A stretch of DNA of 64,000 nt from an uncultured Planctomycetota bacterium (GTDB lineage: Bacteria > Planctomycetota > Planctomycetia > Isosphaerales > Isosphaeraceae). The notes beneath the pieces were generated by a model that did no database searches, had not been told where the DNA came from, and was given only the letters and a program-made list of their open reading frames with translations. This document shows, in pieces, positions 31,802 through 41,018 of this stretch. Position numbers and translations under genes: made by a program. Position 1 is the first letter of the stretch. Each line of letters opens with the position of its first letter. The DNA lies in contig CAWGMQ010000004.1 of the NCBI GenBank assembly GCA_963823665.1, positions 2,272,001 to 2,336,000 of the forward strand, written 5' to 3'.

Positions 31802-32932
31802 GTGCTGAAAGTACTCCAATTAATTCCGACACTTGACCGCTCCGGAGCTGAGAAGCAGATGGTGCTCTTGGCCAAGGGACTACCGCGTGACAGGTTCTAC
31901 GTCGAAGTTGCGGCACTGACACGCCTTGGCCCACTCGAGGTAGAATTGCGCGACGCTGGTATCCCCGTTACAGCAATCGGCAAGCGATTCAAAGTGGATC
32001 CGATCGCGCTATTCAGTCTCAATCGCTTCCTGAAAGCCAAGGCATTCGACATCGTCCAAACTTGGATTTTTGCAGCCAACACGTATGGACGAGTCGCCTC
32101 ACGGATCGCACATGTCCCAGTAGTCGTTGTGACCGAGATGGCAGTCGATATTTGGAAAGGACGTTTCAATCGAGCTGTCGATCGCCATTTGTCAAAATGG
32201 TGTGACCGATTGGTCGGTAACTCCCGTGCTGTTGTTGAGTTTTACGAGCAGCTCGGAGTACCGAAGGAAAAACTCGCATTGATTTATTCTGGCGCGGACG
32301 ATGAAGAGCCTGCTCAGGCTGATCTTCTAGCAGTTCGCAATGCATTAGGGTTCAAGGCAGAGACACCCTTGATTCTCTTTGCGGGCAGGTTGGCCGAACA
32401 AAAAAAGGTAAACGATCTTTTAAAGGCTCTCGTTCTGCTCCAGTACGTTGAGCCGGACGCACGCACCATGATCGTTGGCGACGGTCCGCTGCGCAACCAT
32501 CTTGAAGAAGCATCACAGGCCTATCATCTCGAGGGTCGTGTCCGGTTTCTGGGTCATCGTGAGGATGTGCCAGAATTGATGGCTGCTTCTGACTTGGTCA
32601 TCTTACCTAGCGCTTTTGAGGGCTTGCCAAATGTCCTGCTTGAGGCTATGCGACTTCGCAAGCCCGTAATTGCGACGGCTGCGCCGGGAACAACGGAGGT
32701 CGTCGTGAATGGACAAACCGGGCTGCTAGTTCCCATAGGGAATCCGCCTCTGCTAGCGCGCGCGATTCGTGACGTGATTCGGAATCCTGGAGCAGCTACT
32801 CAGTTTGCCAGAGCAGGCCAAGCCCGAGTAGAGAAACTATTTCGGGTCGACACAATGGTTGCGCAGTTTGCTGAACTCTACGAAGAACTAGCTCGCGCAA
32901 AGGGTGTTTTGAATGTTGTCCGAAACCCATAG
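31802..32932 (+). CDS. Glycosyltransferase family 4 (GT-B)
   Basis: LDRSGAEKQ, GRLAEQK, GDGP, FLGHREDV, EGLPNVLLEAM (Ex7E). Confidence 0.93.
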   Translation: MLKVLQLIPTLDRSGAEKQMVLLAKGLPRDRFYVEVAALTRLGPLEVELRDAGIPVTAIGKRFKVDPIALFSLNRFLKAKAFDIVQTWIFAANTYGRVASRIAHVPVVVVTEMAVDIWKGRFNRAVDRHLSKWCDRLVGNSRAVVEFYEQLGVPKEKLALIYSGADDEEPAQADLLAVRNALGFKAETPLILFAGRLAEQKKVNDLLKALVLLQYVEPDARTMIVGDGPLRNHLEEASQAYHLEGRVRFLGHREDVPELMAASDLVILPSAFEGLPNVLLEAMRLRKPVIATAAPGTTEVVVNGQTGLLVPIGNPPLLARAIRDVIRNPGAATQFARAGQARVEKLFRVDTMVAQFAELYEELARAKGVLNVVRNP

Positions 32933-32964
32933 ATCATGAACTTCATGGTGGAAGGAATCGTGGA

Positions 32965-34914
32965 ATGTGTGGAATCTGCGGGGCGGTCTGGGTCGATCCA
33001 GCCAATGCTCTGCAACCGGAAGCCCTGAGGGCAATGATGAGGCAGCTCGTTCACCGTGGTCCGGATGAAGCAGGCGAATATCAGGATGATCATGCTGCAC
33101 TTGGATTTCGGCGGTTATCGATCATCGACTTGTCCGGCGGTCATCAGCCTCTCGCTAATGAAGATGGCACTGTCTGGACCGTTTTCAATGGTGAGATCTA
33201 CAACTTTCCTTCCCTCAGACGCCGGTTAGAGGCAAAAGGCCATCGTCTTCGCTCAACGGGAGACACCGAAACTCTCGTTCATCTCTATGAAGATGAAGGA
33301 ACGCGGATGTTCTCGCTGCTTCGCGGAATGTTCGCATTGGCGATCTGGGATGTACGGAAACGTACATTAATATTGGCCCGCGACCGGCTGGGTCAAAAGC
33401 CCCTAGTCTATCACCATGACGAGAATCGCCTTCTCTTCGGTAGTGAATTGAAAGCGTTGCTCGCTCTACCGAAACATCTTGTTCCTCGATGCCTTGATCC
33501 GATTGCCCTGGATCAGTACCTCGCATACGGCTATGTGCCACAACCCAGGACGATGCTGAATGGCATTTTTAAGCTTCCACCAGCGCACTTCGCAGTCTGG
33601 CACGACGGTTCCCTTTCGATTGAGCCCTACTGGCAGCCTGATTGGAACCGCACGAGCAAATGTTCGATTGAGCGCGATGTGGAGAAATTGCAAGCGACGC
33701 TCGGCGAAGCCGTGTGCGAGCAGATGATCTCTGACGTGCCGCTCGGTGCCTTTCTCTCTGGTGGTATTGACTCAACGATCATCGTTGGCTTGATGCAAAA
33801 AGTGTCGAACCATCAAGTAAAGACATTTTCTATTGGCTTTCGCGATCCGGATTTCAACGAAACGGGATATGCTGAGCTGGCCGTGCGCCACTTGGGTACG
33901 GAGCATCAGTCATTTATTGTCGAACCAAAGGCTTGGGAAACTCTTCCTGAACTCTGCCGCCAATTTGACGAGCCATTCGCTGATAGCTCTGCACTGCCTA
34001 CTTGGTACGTTTCTCGTGAAACTCGCCGTCAAGTTACGGTTGCGTTAACTGGAGATGCCGGCGATGAACTTTTTGGTGGATATGACCGCTACCGTGCGCT
34101 CGGCTTGACTGAGCTCTTTCAGCGGTTGCCTGTTGGTCCTCGACGTCTACTGGGTAGCGCGATCGTACCTGTATTAGGTGGCCCCTCGCGCCAAGAAGCC
34201 GGCTCCGCAAGCTCCGCCGGCTCCTCGAGCACATCAGCGAACCGGCGGTGAATCGCTACCTGGGCTGGATGACTACCTTTGACGAAGCTGGTCGCATGGA
34301 ACTTTATTCTGAGAGGCATCTTGACTGGTTGGTGGCAACGGCCACAAGCGACCGAGACCAGTCTGAAGTTGACCCAGCGGCGATCTTGATATCGGCCTTC
34401 GGACTTGCATCACAGCGCGACTCGGTCACACGAGCAATGGTCTCGGACTTGGTGACTTACCTCCCTGGCGACCTTCTAGTCAAAGTCGATCTCGCCAGTA
34501 TGGCGCACAGTCTCGAATGTCGTGGGCCGTTCCTTGATCATCGGGTTGTAGAGCTAGCCGTGGCGATGCCCATAGATCACAAAATCCGGTTTCGCAAGGG
34601 CCGCTCGAAGGTCGTCCTCAAACAGGCATTCTCTGACCTACTGCCCGCTTCCATCAAAACTCGTCCCAAGATGGGTTTTGGCGTACCAATTGGCCGCTGG
34701 TTCCGGAACGAGTTGAAAGCAGAACTCAAGGAAGTGCTGCTCGATCCCGTCTGTCTGAACCGAGGAATATTTCGTCCCTCGGTGATTAATCGCCATGTTG
34801 ATCAACACACGCGTCAAGAACGAGAACCACTCGTATCGACTGTGGGCGCTACTGATGCTGGAACTCTGGTTCCGTCAATACATGGATTCCGGCGCAGTCA
34901 CCAACTCTGCATGA
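32965..34914 (+). CDS. asnB: Asparagine synthase-like glutamine amidotransferase; two apparent frameshifts (about 34188 and about 34827)
   Basis: MCGICG Ntn start, HRGPD, RRLSIID, FNGEIYN, LSGGIDS, DEPFADSS, GDAGDELFGGY; second frame LVKVDLASMAHSLECRGPFLD, KMGFGVP; third frame HSYRLWALLMLELWF ending at TGA 34912-34914. Confidence 0.9.
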
Positions 34915-34935
34915 GTACTTGATTTTAGATCTCAC

Positions 34936-35455
34936 CTACTGGTTAGGAAGTACTCCGACGAACGGTAAGTGGCGATACTCGTCGTTAAAGTCGAGAACCA
35001 TAGCCGACAACAAAAGCATCCGGAATGGTGAATCCACAGTAGTCCGGCTCGATCGGCACAATCTGGCGACCGACCTTGCGAAGTAGAACTGCTGTGCGAA
35101 CCGAGGCGGAGCCACGATCTTTGAGATGAGCAACGAGAGCACTTAGCGTTTGCCCGGTGTCGAGGATGTCGTCGAGAAGAAGAACATCTCGTCCGGCAAC
35201 ATCAGGGGCAAATGCTTCGTTTAGCACCAAAGTCGTTGCCGATGTTGTTGCACCGCGGTAGCTGCTAGCTTGCACCAGTGCAATTCGTAGCGGAATTCGT
35301 ATCTGCCGAACCAGATCAGCCAGTGCGATGAGGCTCCCTGTCAGGACAGCGACGATGGTGAGCGGTTTATCCCGATAGTCGTTTTCGATCTGGCGGCCTA
35401 ATATATGCAAACGATCACGAATCTGAGATTCGTTAATCAGTGGTTCGACGGACAC
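34936..35455 (-). CDS. hpt: Hypoxanthine phosphoribosyltransferase; apparent frameshift at about 34996
   Basis: SSYRG, VLLLDDILDTGQTL and FVVGYG, with LDFNDEYRHLPFVGVL continuing in another frame after one extra T. Confidence 0.93.
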
Positions 35456-35707
35456 GATAGATTAATCGCCTCCACTTGGTATTAGCTTGGAAGAGTCGAG
35501 GACGCCAGACGACGAAGCTCCGAATGAACTCATGTACTGGAGTGGGTCAGGATAGCGTGCCCATCTCCAATGCGCTGGCTCCCCAGTTTAGCAGATCCGT
35601 TGCCTTATCACAGCTTGATTTTAGGATGGCTGCAGCAGAACTTAGATTGTAGGTCGTTGATTTCCATCTACCAGTCGATGCTACGTTATGGATAGACGAA
35701 GGCGCTG

Positions 35708-36949
35708 ATGTACTCTCGCGCATTGACCCTTGCTCTGGTAACTCGGCGCTATCCACCGCAGATTGGAGGTGCAGAGAAACTTCTAAGCTACCTGGCTAGA
35801 GCTCTGGCGAATGAAGGTGCCGACGTGACGGTCATCACCGCAGAAATCCCGGGCAGCAAGAGCGCCAATTCTGAGAGGGTAGATCTCGATCAGCCTGAAA
35901 CAAGTGATGTACCTGACTTGAATCAACCTGGGCGGCTTTCTGTTGTCCGGCTCAAGACCTCACGCTTGCGATTCTGGGGAACGTGGCTCTACATGCGAAA
36001 CCTCGAGCAGTGGTTTCGTCGTAATCATGTCGACCTCGCTTATGTCTCAATGCTCAAGCATGATGCCTATGTCGTCGTTCGGGCTGGGCAGCGTCTGGGA
36101 TTTCCGGTGGTACTTCGACCAGAGGGAGCAGGCACAACTGGTGACATTGCTTGGCAATCATGGGGAAACTTTGGTCGGATAATCGGCCTTACCTGTCGCC
36201 GGGCTGAAGCCTTCGTTTCGATCTCAAAATCAGTCCAGGAAGAGATTCAGGAATCGCTCCGCTCGGGAACGATGCGACCTTTCCGAGCGGTGGAGAAGAG
36301 AGATTCTGAGCCGGTCACGCCCAAAATCGTCTCAATTCCCAACGGAGTTGTGCTGCCTGAATCAGCCTGGCACGTTCGACCTGGCTGGCACATGGCCCCG
36401 CGTGCAATCTTTGTGGGGCGGCTCGCACCTGAAAAGGGGCTGGACACACTGGTCGCAGCCTGGCCTCACGTACGACTCAGATTCCCCACAGCTCAATTGA
36501 TCTTGGTTGGCGAGGGGACTGAAAGGGTTGCTCTCGAACGTTTGGCGGGAATGGTTGGCTTGACGGTAGGGCCAACTCGATCAGTTGAGTTTCCGGGCTC
36601 TGTCGCTAGCACGACCGATGTTCTCCGAAATGCAGACCTTTTCGTTCTCCCCTCACGTGAAGAAGGAATGAGCATCGCACTCCTGGAGGCGATGGCACTG
36701 GGGATGCCTGTTGTTGCGTCATCAATCTTCGGTAACCAGAGACTTGTTGACGACTTTGAACACGGGCGATTAGTTCCGCCAGACGACCCGGTACGTCTTG
36801 CTCATGCGATCGTCGAGCAGTGGAAAAACCTTGATCGTGCGGTTCAAATGGGCATATCTGCGCGACGTCGCGTTAAGCGGGAGTTCTCAATTGAAGTTAT
36901 TGCTCGAGAACACATTAAATTATTTCATGAAACTATTACGATTTATTGA
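35708..36949 (+). CDS. Glycosyltransferase family 4 (GT-B)
   Basis: YPPQIGGAE, IPNGV, GRLAPEKG, FVLPSREEGMSIALLEAM. Confidence 0.92.
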   Translation: MYSRALTLALVTRRYPPQIGGAEKLLSYLARALANEGADVTVITAEIPGSKSANSERVDLDQPETSDVPDLNQPGRLSVVRLKTSRLRFWGTWLYMRNLEQWFRRNHVDLAYVSMLKHDAYVVVRAGQRLGFPVVLRPEGAGTTGDIAWQSWGNFGRIIGLTCRRAEAFVSISKSVQEEIQESLRSGTMRPFRAVEKRDSEPVTPKIVSIPNGVVLPESAWHVRPGWHMAPRAIFVGRLAPEKGLDTLVAAWPHVRLRFPTAQLILVGEGTERVALERLAGMVGLTVGPTRSVEFPGSVASTTDVLRNADLFVLPSREEGMSIALLEAMALGMPVVASSIFGNQRLVDDFEHGRLVPPDDPVRLAHAIVEQWKNLDRAVQMGISARRRVKREFSIEVIAREHIKLFHETITIY

Positions 36950-36999
36950 TAAATGAAAAACGAATGGTGCTGTAAACCCTTGCTCTGTTGAACTTTCCG

Positions 37000-38247
37000 T
37001 CAGGAAGCATCACAAGATTGTGTGCCAGTTTTCTGAGGGTGGGCACGCTCGAGATTGCGCTGCAGAGAACTCAGGCCTTCCTCGCCGTTGATATATTCGC
37101 GGTAGGGCAGAACCAAACGAAGAAGCTCGGGATGAGCTGGTCCAACGTCAGCGATCGCTTTTCGAACGGCCGTAAGAAACTGGTCAAGCCCTTCCTCCGG
37201 AAGGTGCATTCTTGCGACCAGTGTTTTGAGCCCGGCTAGCGAGGCGCTTGCGGTTTGGTTTTGAGCCGTTGTTGGAGCGATCGATACCGCAGATATTGAA
37301 GGGGCGTGCGTCAATCCGAGGACCCGGGGGAACACCCCAGGTGGAGGTGCCGGAATGTACTCACTTCCAGGTTCGTGGTCGTGTTGAGGATGAAAATCGG
37401 TGTCACGGACGCGGCGCGATGCTTCGTTGGCTTGGTGGAGCTGTTCTTGGGCTTCCTTGACATACACGGCCCAGTCGGTAGAGAAATCTTGGCGAAATGC
37501 CTCAATGTACCCGGGCTCGTATTGGCGCGAGAGCCACTTGAGCTGGTGGAATACGCGATGTGACAATGCCTGTAAGTCATCGCTTAGCTCGGCTTCACGA
37601 TCCTGTGAAGCTTGATAAAATCGGAAGCGTCCGATCCATACCTTGAGGCGGGCGTACTGCTCCAGTTTACCCAAAGAGGCGTAACCGCTTATGGCGGCTT
37701 CAACCTCTTGGGCTAATAACTGAAGCTGGCCGCCGGGAAAATAGGACTCCGCATCCCAAAGAAGCCGGTCCGCAGAAGCAAATTGCGCTGCAAGTTCAGG
37801 TTGGAGACGATCGAGCTCACGGCGAAGTTGGCGATAGGCATCAATCGCTACGCGAAGCTCACGGCGTGCTTCTTCGAGTTCATGGCTAATCTCTTCTAGC
37901 TCTGCCCGGTTTTCATGACGCGTTCGTTCAATCTCGGCCTGCGATGCCGCAATTAACTTCTCCGCATCAGCTTGCGAACCAAGTGATGACTTGTACAAGG
38001 CCAATTTGCGAACCAGATCCTTGAGAAGCTGCTCATCGATATCCGTCTGTTCCAAGGATTGCAATTTAGCCGGTCGGACTGTCCGATGTCGTTCAACCGC
38101 CCGCCGCGATCGTTGCTCAGCTAACCGAAACCGCTCAGTAGCCTGCTGAGTCTCACTTTCAATCCGTCTCGCGAGAGTTTTAGCCTCTGCCTGCCGAACC
38201 AGTTCCGCAAGTTGATCCAGAGCTCTTGTCATGGCTGTCTGTTCCAA
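37000..38247 (-). CDS. Hypothetical coiled-coil protein
   Basis: 415-aa ORF, E/R/Q/L-rich heptads in the N-terminal half, aromatic-rich middle (WLSRQYEPGYIEAF..DW). Start may be the ATG at 38232. Confidence 0.75.
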   Translation of the reverse strand: MEQTAMTRALDQLAELVRQAEAKTLARRIESETQQATERFRLAEQRSRRAVERHRTVRPAKLQSLEQTDIDEQLLKDLVRKLALYKSSLGSQADAEKLIAASQAEIERTRHENRAELEEISHELEEARRELRVAIDAYRQLRRELDRLQPELAAQFASADRLLWDAESYFPGGQLQLLAQEVEAAISGYASLGKLEQYARLKVWIGRFRFYQASQDREAELSDDLQALSHRVFHQLKWLSRQYEPGYIEAFRQDFSTDWAVYVKEAQEQLHQANEASRRVRDTDFHPQHDHEPGSEYIPAPPPGVFPRVLGLTHAPSISAVSIAPTTAQNQTASASLAGLKTLVARMHLPEEGLDQFLTAVRKAIADVGPAHPELLRLVLPYREYINGEEGLSSLQRNLERAHPQKTGTQSCDAS

Positions 38248-38350
38248 CGCTATTCAATTCAAGGAGTTCAGTTACGCTAAGTTCTCCGGCCAATACTGAT
38301 CGCAAACGCCTTCTTTCTATGCAACTCGATCTACACGATCAAGGTATGCA

Positions 38351-38380
38351 AGTATAATTAGATTGATGGATTTTTGCTAA
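38351..38380 (-). promoter_or_regulatory. Possible sigma70-type promoter for the coiled-coil gene
   Basis: Minus strand TTAGCA-N18-TATACT about 100 bp upstream of the start. Confidence 0.3.
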
Positions 38381-38622
38381 TCTTCGTCGCGGTATTCGTG
38401 ACAAGCTACGTTGGTCATCATACACCGTGCTGGGATAAAGTTAAACACACGTAGAAACTACCCAGCCCTGAGGTTCGGGCGGTTGATGAGTCGTTATCGC
38501 CCAGTTGCTCCTGACCTCTTCTCACGTCAACCAGACGCCCCGCCGCGGAATGGGTATTTTAGCCGACAAGCCTGGCAGCCGCGCCCATACCAGCACGCCA
38601 GCGCCTTGGCATACAGGAAAGC

Positions 38623-40938
38623 TTAATACTTGGGTACAAATTGCGAGCGTTCGTAATATTTCGCATTGTGAACTTCTTCATCGAGTCGGACTGATAAACC
38701 GCGGTTAAGTATGTCCTGTGCGAGGTCAGCCCAAGGTGTCTTGGAATGCCGGATGATGACCTCTTTCAGCAACCGTTCGGCCTCGGCGTATTTCTTGGCC
38801 GTGTCGTTGCGAGGAGCAAGGGGTTGGGTCGCGTGATTGACAACCCAGATAACCAGGTTATCGGAAGTGGGTTGGTGTTTCGCGCGCGGCGGGGTCTTGG
38901 CGATTGACGCCATGAGCGCGCGATATTCGAAAGCCTTGACCTGAAACGCCACAGTCTGAGCGACCATCAGGTCGTAGTGTGCCTGCCATCGCTTTTCTGG
39001 ATCCCGATCTCGCTCCTTCACCATCTGCTCAAGCCGCGTCTGGATCAGTAGCAGTTGGTTAAGCTTGATCGTAGCCTTCTGGCCTTCCTCAAACGCCAAC
39101 TTGACCATGTCGGCGGGCTCGATCGGGAAATCCCTTCGATAGATAAAAGCCTTGCCTTCCAGGACAATATCATGTAGTAGCTTTCGCAGAGGAGAGCTGT
39201 TGCGCCGCTCCATGTAAGCCAACCGGTTACTGTATTCCGGGAGATATTCCTTGAGCTGTGTGATCGAATATGCCTGTTCACGCTGCCGGATCCTCATGAA
39301 CTCTTCGCTCGGCAGGAGAAAATAGATCCCGCCTGAATCGCGGGTCAAACGAGCCAATTCGTAAGGTGCAAACCCTGAGGGCTGTTCATCCCATCGTTCA
39401 TACAGCCCGTCCCATTGGTAAACCTCGAGATCTGCTGTCTCAGGCCCGCGGCGGATCACCGGATGGTACACATCTTTGGTGACTGGATCGACGTACTTGT
39501 GATGTGCCCACGGATAACCAAAGAGTGACTGTCGACCAATGACGTAAAGCGGAACACGATACTTTTTAAGCGCCTGCCGCGCCTCTTCGACGTATGTCCC
39601 ATCATCACCTGATTCATCGGTTACGAGCACAATCAAGAGATGTCGGCCCGCCTTCTGCACAACGTATGCGTAATGCTCGACAACTTCCCGGATGGCCTGC
39701 ATTGTGTTCTCTGTTCCGGTCGAGTCAACTTTGAGGTGCTTTATGGCCCGGCCGATCTGGTCAATATCGTCTCGCGGCTTATCCAGGACGTAGTCAATCT
39801 CCTGCCCAAACCCGACAATCGCGTGGTTGAGCGCACTCGTGGCTTTCTTATTTGGCTCGATATTCTGCTTGAGCTCACTCGAAACGCGATCGAATTTCTG
39901 GAAGATCGTCTTCTGGTCATCCTGCATGCTGGTCGATTCGTCGAACAGCCACACGACCGTGAGCTTGTGGTCCTTCAGGTGTCGGAGAATCTCGCGGGCA
40001 AGCTGGTCGAGAGCAACCCCAATCTCCTTGACGTCAAAAAGGGGATCACCAGCAATCTTGCCGCCACTCCCCAGATCGAGCGCAGGAGCCACTGGCAGTA
40101 AACTGATCGGAGATCCACCCAGCCCTTCAATCTTGACCCCGGGAAGGCTTGTACCCTCGTTGATTCGGCCTTTACCAACACCACGGATCCTCGGAGTTCT
40201 CGAGGGTGCACCATTGCCTGCCGCACCTGTGGCAATCGAGCCACCACCGTCATCACCCTCACCTTCACTCATCGCCGTGAGGACGGACTCAGCCGGGCTA
40301 GTGGCATTCTCATCACCGACTGCCTTATCACGCCGAATATCATCTGGGTCGGCGTAGATCGGCAGCACCTCCTGTTCGCCGTTACGAAATCCCGCTAACG
40401 CTGAATCGAAGTTGAGGATCTTGTTGACCGCTTCCTTCGCCGAAAACGTAGCCGCAGCCAGAGCCGAGAGTATTGCAACGTGAATAAGTAGCGAAACACT
40501 CCAGGCTTGCATCAGATATCGCATTCGACCCCGTCGTCGCCGTCTGGGCCGAATCTTGGTGCCTGCGCTCACCCTGCCTGCTCGAGGCTTCTGCTCCGTT
40601 GCTTCCTCCTCCTGAGCTGGTGTCGAATCAGGCTCAGGTGCAGTTGGGGGTTCGCTCGCTACTGGCGGCAGACTTGACCGAGTAACCTCTTCGGTTGGCT
40701 TGTCTACTTGGTCATGATTGACAATGACCGTGTCGCCGAGTCCAACCACCAATGGGTCAGCCACTATCGTGCCGGTTGGTGCTCTCGAACTCTTTGAACC
40801 TGAGACAACATCTCGATCTACCAAACTCCCCGCACCTGGCGGTGATTTTGAAACCGATATACATGCCTCCGAGGTTTCTTCTCCCGCTATTGGGAAAGCA
40901 TCCTCATCGGAGGACGGAAGAAGAGGCCGGAGTTCCAT
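38623..40938 (-). CDS. Membrane-anchored vWA domain protein with TonB-like S-x3-H anchor (paralogue A)
   Basis: Acidic Pro-rich N-terminus, poly-Arg, TM SLLIHVAILSAL; MIDAS VWLFDESTSM, GTENT, VTDESGDD; LTRDSGGIYF. Confidence 0.85.
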   Translation of the reverse strand: MELRPLLPSSDEDAFPIAGEETSEACISVSKSPPGAGSLVDRDVVSGSKSSRAPTGTIVADPLVVGLGDTVIVNHDQVDKPTEEVTRSSLPPVASEPPTAPEPDSTPAQEEEATEQKPRAGRVSAGTKIRPRRRRRGRMRYLMQAWSVSLLIHVAILSALAAATFSAKEAVNKILNFDSALAGFRNGEQEVLPIYADPDDIRRDKAVGDENATSPAESVLTAMSEGEGDDGGGSIATGAAGNGAPSRTPRIRGVGKGRINEGTSLPGVKIEGLGGSPISLLPVAPALDLGSGGKIAGDPLFDVKEIGVALDQLAREILRHLKDHKLTVVWLFDESTSMQDDQKTIFQKFDRVSSELKQNIEPNKKATSALNHAIVGFGQEIDYVLDKPRDDIDQIGRAIKHLKVDSTGTENTMQAIREVVEHYAYVVQKAGRHLLIVLVTDESGDDGTYVEEARQALKKYRVPLYVIGRQSLFGYPWAHHKYVDPVTKDVYHPVIRRGPETADLEVYQWDGLYERWDEQPSGFAPYELARLTRDSGGIYFLLPSEEFMRIRQREQAYSITQLKEYLPEYSNRLAYMERRNSSPLRKLLHDIVLEGKAFIYRRDFPIEPADMVKLAFEEGQKATIKLNQLLLIQTRLEQMVKERDRDPEKRWQAHYDLMVAQTVAFQVKAFEYRALMASIAKTPPRAKHQPTSDNLVIWVVNHATQPLAPRNDTAKKYAEAERLLKEVIIRHSKTPWADLAQDILNRGLSVRLDEEVHNAKYYERSQFVPKY

Positions 40939-41018
40939 ATGGGTTTTCCCCGTCTCGAGCTACTTGAGAGGCACTGTCGCTGCCTCGCGCCCGGTCTACC
41001 GTACGCAGTCTGGTTCCA

